Shown here piece after piece: positions 56,321-64,000 of a stretch of 64,000 bases of DNA. Under the pieces are notes generated by a model that was given only the letters and a program-made list of their open reading frames with translations, searched no databases and was not told the DNA's origin. Origin of the DNA: the human T2T-CHM13v2.0 reference genome, Homo sapiens. Numbering within the stretch: position 1 is the first letter of the stretch; each line of letters starts with the position of its first letter. The translations under genes were made by a program, and so were the position numbers. The stretch lies in NCBI RefSeq assembly GCF_009914755.1, contig NC_060932.1; one strand, 5' to 3'.

Positions 56321-57949
56321 AGTGGCTACTTTTGGATGTATGAGTGGCTCTTTGCCATACCCCAGGTTGGAGCTCTGTGAGCTTCTGCATGAAAAGGAAT
56401 TTCACAGCACTAGAGGTTAATTGCAGCGAGGGAGAAAGGACACAGCCCATGACTTGCCTGATGAATCAACAAAAAGATATGTATTAATACTTACTCGGTC
56501 AATGCCAGAGAGAACATGGTCTCTGATATATTTCATATACCTCTGTTATATTTAATACAATGGGCTTGTGTGCTGGTGAAGAATATATATTCTAGGGTTA
56601 TTCATATCTTTTAAATCCAGGCTTCTCCATGATCTCAATTGACCCCATGATTTCAGCTGTATGATCTCAGGTGACTTTCTGAATCTCTCTGTGCCTTAGT
56701 TTCCTTATTTGTAAATTGGGAAGACAGTAATAAAGGGTGTTGAAAGATTTTCACGTGATAATGCTGGCGAAGTGCTTAGCACCCAGCAAGTACTCAATAT
56801 TTCATTGTTAAACTCCGCTCCTACCTGAAAGTGGCCGGGCACTGGCCCAAGTGGTCAATTTCTATCTGTCCCCTGATACAGTTCCTCAGTGGCAGTTGAA
56901 GTGTGACATGAAAACTTTACCAGAGTTTTTACAAACAGAGCTCTAAGAATTTGGATTGTGACACACACCTAAATTCTAAGTTAGAATGAAATGATCAGCT
57001 TGCTGGAGTAGTCTCTTTTCTCTTACATTTGAGAGAAAGCTCAAACTATAGGGTTAGGAGCCGCTTGAATTTTGCCACATCTGTCTACACCATTGTTTTA
57101 AAACTGGGCATCTCCAGTCCCTTGGGTTTCTATAGTGAAACTTCTGTCTGCTTTTTTTTTTTTTTTTTTTTTTTTGGATGAAACAGGCCCTCAATAGAAC
57201 AGAAAGAATGTCTCTGAGAGAGTTCATATTATGTCTCATTTACACAGAAACTCAATTGAGAGATCCTAGGTTACTTGGAACTGTATCTCTGTCCTTAGGC
57301 AGAACTAGACTCAAAACTTTTCAGAAAATATGTAAACTTTTTTGTTGTTGTTCAATACTGATCATGTACAAGTAAACCCAATAGTATTGTTGCCAAGAAA
57401 GAATATATAATATTTAAGATCTCTTTACTAATTTTAGCTTCTTTGTATGTGATCTAATTTTAATTTTCTGAGCCTAAATTTTCACTTACCTACAATCCAC
57501 AGTAGCAGGTGTTCCAAAATCAATCTTTGATTTGTTGAATACAACATGTACTATGAAGGCTTTGTTCTTTTATTCATGAGGTGAAATGGTATTTATTAAA
57601 GTGTTTTAAAAGATTTCAGATATTTTAAAGCTTTTGAAGAGCTTATATATTTACTAATTATATCCTTTAAAACTCTATATTGGGCAAAGTTACAAATGTA
57701 GCAAAAGTAGGGAGTATAGCATACTACATTCTATTTACCCCGAGTCCCCATCACCCAGACTCATAAGCTAATGGCCAAACTTGACTCATCTACCTACATA
57801 CCCACCCTCTCTCTATTGTCAGATTCTATTGAAATAAACCCTAGAGAGCATATCATTCTTTTGATAAATATTTCAGCCCATCTTTCTAAAAGATAAATCT
57901 GTTTTAAAATATATATATATATAAAATACCATAATCACATCTAAAATAA

Positions 57950-58269
<320 letters not shown>

Positions 58270-58413
58270 TAAAATATAATATTTTCTTAACATCATGATC
58301 AATAAGTCAGGGTCCAAATTTCACCAAATGAATCATATTTTTAACTTCAGAAAATTGTAGCTTTTTTTCCCCAGGTGTCATTTCCAGAACGAATTGTCAA
58401 TCTGTGTGGTCAC

Positions 58414-58426
58414 CCGCTAGATGGCC
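58414..58426 (+). promoter_or_regulatory. Candidate CTCF site
   Basis: CCGCTAGATGGCC resembles the CTCF core CC(A/G)SYAGRKGGC. Confidence 0.45.
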
Positions 58427-60192
58427 ACTTTATGCCTAACAAGAACCTTTGGCAACCAAGTTGATCCACTAGGGACATTCTCTGGGAATATTGAGTGCCA
58501 AGGCCCAGGAGAGCTGCCAGCTATGAGAAAAAGGGGAGAGGCATGTCCTGAAAATCTACATTCACCCATGAGACCCTGAATCAGCACTAGTGGCTAAGTG
58601 TGAGAATCGAGTGAGCTTTCTCTTTCCTTGTTAGTAAGCTCAGTGATGCACAGGAGTGGACGGGCCCAAATTCTAGATGAGGGAGACCTCATTGCCTACA
58701 GCCACCTCCACTGTTTCCCCACCCTCCCACATTATGTACCCTGGGAGGAAGGGTGCCAGAGAGAGGCTAGCATTGGTATCTGTCATTCCAGAAAGACCTT
58801 TCCAGTCAACCCTGGCAAGGAATGCAAAGAGGAAACCCTTCAGTATGGAAGGGACATGCTGTCTCACTAACACTCTCCTCACCAACCTCCCTCTCCAGGT
58901 GAGGCTATGCCTTGAGAACAATGCTGATAGGTGGGTGCTCCCCACTGAGGCCTCTGCTCCAGCCTGCCTACTGGAAATGTTCCTGCAGGTAGTACCAGAA
59001 TTAGGGAGGTGGGGTGGACCTAGAGCCTGTGCTGTGCAGTGTACATCACCAGTAAGCCCACTCTGAGAGAGGGGAGAGTGTAAGTGTAGCCTTTGGTGGG
59101 AACTGTGGAGAAATGGGGCACAGGGACAGTCACCGACTCCACCATCAGTGTCATCTCTAGGCTGCATGGAGGAAAAGTGTGCCCAGAGCAGATTACCTCC
59201 TGGGGTTGCTTGAACACAGACAGGGTTGTTTTACAGCACTTGGAGGGTGGTGCTTTCCTAGTTCCCACTATAACAGGCTTAATGTGGCTACACCACATGG
59301 TTACCAAAGGGAAGAAGGACATCCACCCACCTCTCCAGCCTCATTGCTTAGGGCTCCCCGCCCCCGGGTCCTCTGCAACTCAGCCATGGACAGCTCCTAC
59401 CACCTCCTCAAAAGCACGTAGCTCTCTTGTCTCCTGGCCTTCATGCTTTTCTCTCTGTTTGGAACAGTTATTCTTTTCTTTGCCTAATTTTCACTCCTTC
59501 CCCAGGGCTCAATTTAAAGGGCCCTGGCTCCGGCAAACCCCTCCCAGAGGTGAGAGGCATGCTGCCCCTCACTCCCCTAAGGCCCTCTGTTGCCCTTCTG
59601 ACACCTCACTGATGCTGCTGCCTGCTTGTTTCCATGTATTCTCTGTTGACTGTTAACACCTTGAAGGGCAGGGACCACCCTATATTGCTCACCATTTTAA
59701 TTCCAGTGCCTGCTGCAGTATCCAACATGAGTAGATTCTTAATGAATATTTATTGAAAGAATGGTTTCAGTTTGTAATATACAAAGGGAACAAGTGAGAG
59801 CTGAAATTGTGAGCCAACTTAAAAACATCAATAAGAGAACTAAATTATTAGGGATTGAACCTTAGCTGAATTACCCCCCCACCAAAAAAAATATTGTCGA
59901 GAAGAGTAAGAGGTAGAGAACAGAGAGGATGATGGGCCTTTCCTCATCCCCTGCTAACCTGTGCAAACTGACAGTTATGTGCTCAGTCATACAGTGGCTC
60001 CATCATAGAAGTAAGGACAAGCACCCTGTCACCGATTCTTCTGCGGGCAGTAGCAGGTTCCTCTGGGACTGGGGGCAGGGAAAGGTCATCTGGTGTCTTA
60101 GAACCCAGGACCCCGAAGCCCTCAATGACAGTCACTTCTTGGTTGCTGTTACCTTACTGTAGACCCCCCAAAAGCATGAAGAGGCCACGTGA

Positions 60193-60570
<378 letters not shown>

Positions 60571-61744
60571 TGATTCACAACAGAGTTCAATCCCTTGTTA
60601 AGCAATTTTTATTCAACAACAAGGGCAAAAATGTTTTTTGGTATTTTGTTCTGAAACCTGATTTTCTAAAACTTCCATTCATGGGCCCTAGTTCTGGAAA
60701 AATACATAAGGACTTATTCCCCCTTAATGTAATAGATCTTGAAATGTACTTTACAGAAAATGCCAATTTTGAAAAGTCTCAATCCCACAAAAGAGATCCA
60801 GACAAATTTATTATTGGTCTGAAAAAAATGTCACCCAGATCTTTAGCTGTTTTGCTATAGACTCAAACCTTGGATCATTTGCTCCACTAATGTATTAAAT
60901 TGGTTAATATGATTGTGATGATAGATTACATTTTGCTCTAGGTTGAATTCTTCCTTTTGAAATTGCTGTCAGTTGAACTCATATGCTGACTTATTTACAG
61001 GTTACAAACAACTAACTCAGTTGCTTTGTTTAGTTCCTAAATCACTTCCCTATTTTTAGATCATTGCCGTGTTTGAGAAGAATAGAGAACCTTTGATTTC
61101 CTAGGCATGTGGCAGCTTGAGGTGCCAGCATTTAGGGCTATTGTAGCTAAATCTCATTCATGGAATGAAAGTATGTGGCTGGTTGTAGTTGTGACATTGA
61201 ATTCAATTGTTTTTGTTCTTTTCTAGGAAGAGATTCCACCTAATAGTTTTAGTCTAAGTTAATTTAGCTATGTTGAAGGCCTCCACCCCTCTCAGTAGGT
61301 TGCTCTATGATGACACACCCACTGTCTACTGGCCTCTGCTGTGTAACTTGAAGCCACCTGCAGTTGGTTGTGTTAGTGTGTAATATCCTAAGAAGTCATG
61401 CCATGTCCTTACAAGTGAAATCACAGTGCCTAGCTTCATTTAATGCCATTCCAGGTCACTTTGCCAGGAAAAATCATTGACTCATGGAAAGAAAGCTTGT
61501 ATTAAAAGTGGAGGAAAGCACAGAGAATTTATTCAAGAAGTTATTGATACCTAAATCACTTGGAAATGGATATTTACGTCCCTGATTCTTTTTGTTTCAC
61601 GTACCAGAAATGTAAAGGCCTATGGGATTGACATATATCCTCCCAGTGTTTACTTCTCAACTAAACATTTCATATCCTGAAATATCCTAGTTATTTTTAT
61701 AAGACAGCTTCCTTGCTTTTCTCCAAGAGATTTTTGGGATAGAA

Positions 61745-61962
61745 CAGTGGTTCTCAACCACAGGTGATTTTTTCCCCCCAGGGGACATTTGGCAATATTT
61801 GGAGATATTTTTGGTTGTCACAGGTGAAGGGTTGCTACTGGCATCAAGGGGGTAGAGGTCAGGAATTCTGCTGAAAATCCTACATGAGGAGGACAGCATC
61901 CCACCTCCAACAAAGAACTGTCTGGTCCAAAATGTCAATAGTGCCAAGGTTGAGAAATCCTA
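61745..61962. mobile_element. MER20 hAT DNA transposon fossil
   Basis: CAGTGGTTCTCAACC...CCCCAGGGGACATTTGGCAAT...AATGTCAATAGTGCCAAGGTTGAGAAA. Confidence 0.88.
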
Positions 61963-62199
61963 GGTTAGAGAATCTATTTCTAATTGATTTAAATATTTTC
62001 TCTATTGACTTCAACCTTATTTACTGATTTAGATGATTTTATTGAGTTTGACAATGACTGGGGTTAGGAAAGAGCTGCTGCTTATCAAAACCCACTAAAC
62101 CACATCCAAGATGAACTCACATTACAAGGATATTTCTGGGTGAGACTTGCTCCTCCATGCCTTCTGCACTCTTTATGTAAAGACACTGAAAGGGAATAG

Positions 62200-62695
62200 G
62201 TTTTAGTTTTCTATTGCTGCCATATCAAATTGCCACAAATTCAGGAGCTTAAAGCAACACAAATTTTTTATGTTACAGTTCTGCAGGTCAGATGCCTGGT
62301 ACAGATTTCACTGGGCTAAAATCAGGGTGTTGGCAATGTAGAATTCATTATGGATGCTCTGGGGAAATATTCATTTCCTTGCCCTTTTCTACTTCTCTAG
62401 GTGCCAGCATTCCTTGGCTTGTGGCCCCTTTCTCCATAGGCAGTAATGTGCAGCTCTCTGATCTTTCTTCTATAGTCATACCTTCCTCGCAGCCAGGAAG
62501 AGCTTTCTGCTTTTAAGGATGCTTGTGATTGCATTGGGCCCACCCAGATAACCCAGGATAACTTCCCCATTTCATGGTCCCTAACTTAATCATATTTGCA
62601 AAGTACCTTTTCCCATGTAAGGTAACATATATATTCATAGGTTGCAGGGATTAGGATATAGATACTTTTGGGAGCCATTATGTTGCCTATTACAA
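62200..62695 (-). mobile_element. MLT1D-like MaLR solo LTR
   Basis: TTAGTTTTCTATTGCTGCC...GGGCTAAAATCAGGGTGTTGGCA...ATTGGGCCCACCCAGATAACCCAGGATAA. Confidence 0.8.
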
Positions 62696-63289
62696 AATAA
62701 GACTAATTTTGGCACCACATAACTTCCATTGGGCTATTGATGTCCTATAAACTGGGACAAACTAAAGAACAGAGGCTTTGGGGGATGTGCTGATATCACG
62801 TCATAGAAAATTCCTGGGAGCAGTTCAACTGCAGCCTTGAACATAGGAGTAAGTTTGCCTCTAATGGAAGTGGATATTTCAATTGTCAATCATTTTGGAA
62901 AGAAGTCATTCCTGGGTGAGGCTTAGAAAGGGTGAGGAAAACACCTTTCTTTTCTCTCCAAGGCCTGGGTTAATTTAGCCTAGATCTGGAGCGAAAGGAA
63001 CCAAGAACGCATATAGATGTTGGGGGTAGGATAAACCCCTGGGCCTGAGCAAGTGGCCTGGGATAGAAGACACGGTGTCAACTTACTTTGTAAGGGACCT
63101 AGAAGAGGGTGGAGACTGTGCAATATGTTGGAAAAGTCTTAGTTTTTCAAAAAGTATCTTGTTTCTGCAATGCTGTCAGAAATGGAAGGAAATAGCTTCT
63201 GCTGTACTTGAAGATGGCTCCCCTAGAATGGGAAGACATAATCTACAGAGTCCAGAATCACATGGCTGCTGAAGGCGGCCTGGAGAAGG

Positions 63290-63710
63290 CAATGATTAAT
63301 TTTATATGTCAACTTGACTGGGTTAAGGGATGCCCAGATAGCTTGTAAAACATTTTTTCTGGGTGTACCAGTGAGGCTATCTCCAGAAGAGATTGGCATT
63401 TGAATTTGTAGATTGAGTAAAGAAGCTTCACTTTTGCCAATGTGCACAAGCATCATCCAATCCTTTGAGGACCCAAAAGGGTAAAAAAGGCAGAGGAGGG
63501 GCAAATTTGCTCTGTCTTCTTGAGTTGGGAAATCCATCTTCTGCCCACAGACATTAGAGCTCCTGGTTCTCAGGCCTTCAGCCTCAGACTGAATTACACC
63601 ACTGGCTTTCCTGGTTCTCCAGCTTGAAGATATCATATGGCAACATGTCCTGGTCTCCATAATTTTGTGAGCCAATTCCCCTAGTAAATCTCCTCTTACA
63701 TATCTCTATA
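63290..63710. mobile_element. MLT2 (ERVL) LTR, abutted by an Alu
   Basis: TTAATTTTATATGTCAACTTGACTGGGTTAAGGGATGCCCAGATAGC...TGTGAGCCAATTCC. Confidence 0.85.
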
Positions 63711-64000
63711 TTTGTTTTTTGAGATGGGGTCTTGCTCTCTCGCCCAGGCTGGAGTGCAGTGGCGAGATCTCAGCTCACTGCAAGCTCTGCCTCCCGGGGC
63801 TCACGCCATTCTCCTGCCTCAGCCTCCTGAGTAGCTGGGACTACAGGTGCCCACCACTACGCCCGGCTAATTTTTTGTATTTTTAGTAGAGATAGGGTTT
63901 CACTGTGTTAGCCAGGATGGTCTCGATCTCCTGACCTCGTGATCCACCCGCCTTGGCCTCCCAAAGTGCTGGGATTACAGGCGTGAGCCACCATGCCTGG
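63711..64000 (-). mobile_element. AluY SINE running to the window edge
   Basis: Antisense Alu body. Confidence 0.93.

Noticed and set aside
57152-57175. Orphan T24 tract as a tail-only retroinsertion
   Set aside because: No TSD or element body visible; most simply a mononucleotide microsatellite.
58628-59656. 129-187 aa ORFs on both strands
   Set aside because: No recognisable domain or splice structure; explained by higher GC content.

Overview
Primate, almost certainly human, genomic DNA. The one protein-coding gene is ABRA/STARS on the minus strand: two exons, CDS 17994-17327 and 9326-8849, 381 aa, an 8000-nt GT-AG intron, a promoter near 18050-18380 and a polyA signal near 7310. Bases 1-520 look like the end of a plus-strand 3'UTR, probably OXR1; this call rests on recalled synteny at 8q23, not on coding sequence in the window. 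The rest is repeat-rich intergenic DNA: about 25 Alus (one a pristine AluYa5), L1/L2/MIR fragments, MLT/MST LTRs and DNA transposon fossils. It also holds a 5.4-kb internally deleted ERV9-family provirus (LTR12F-like, 36510-41934) nested inside a Tigger3 transposon. I found no evidence for a wholly new multi-gene system. The best second-look items are a threefold repeated V-x-x-L-x-x-x-W helix motif in ABRA, a MADE1 hairpin with compensatory substitutions and CA flanks, LTRs that both end in TA, a composite ERRE/CArG-like promoter element and two CTCF-like motifs. Repeat subfamily names come from recalled consensus sequences, and boundaries of old repeats are approximate.
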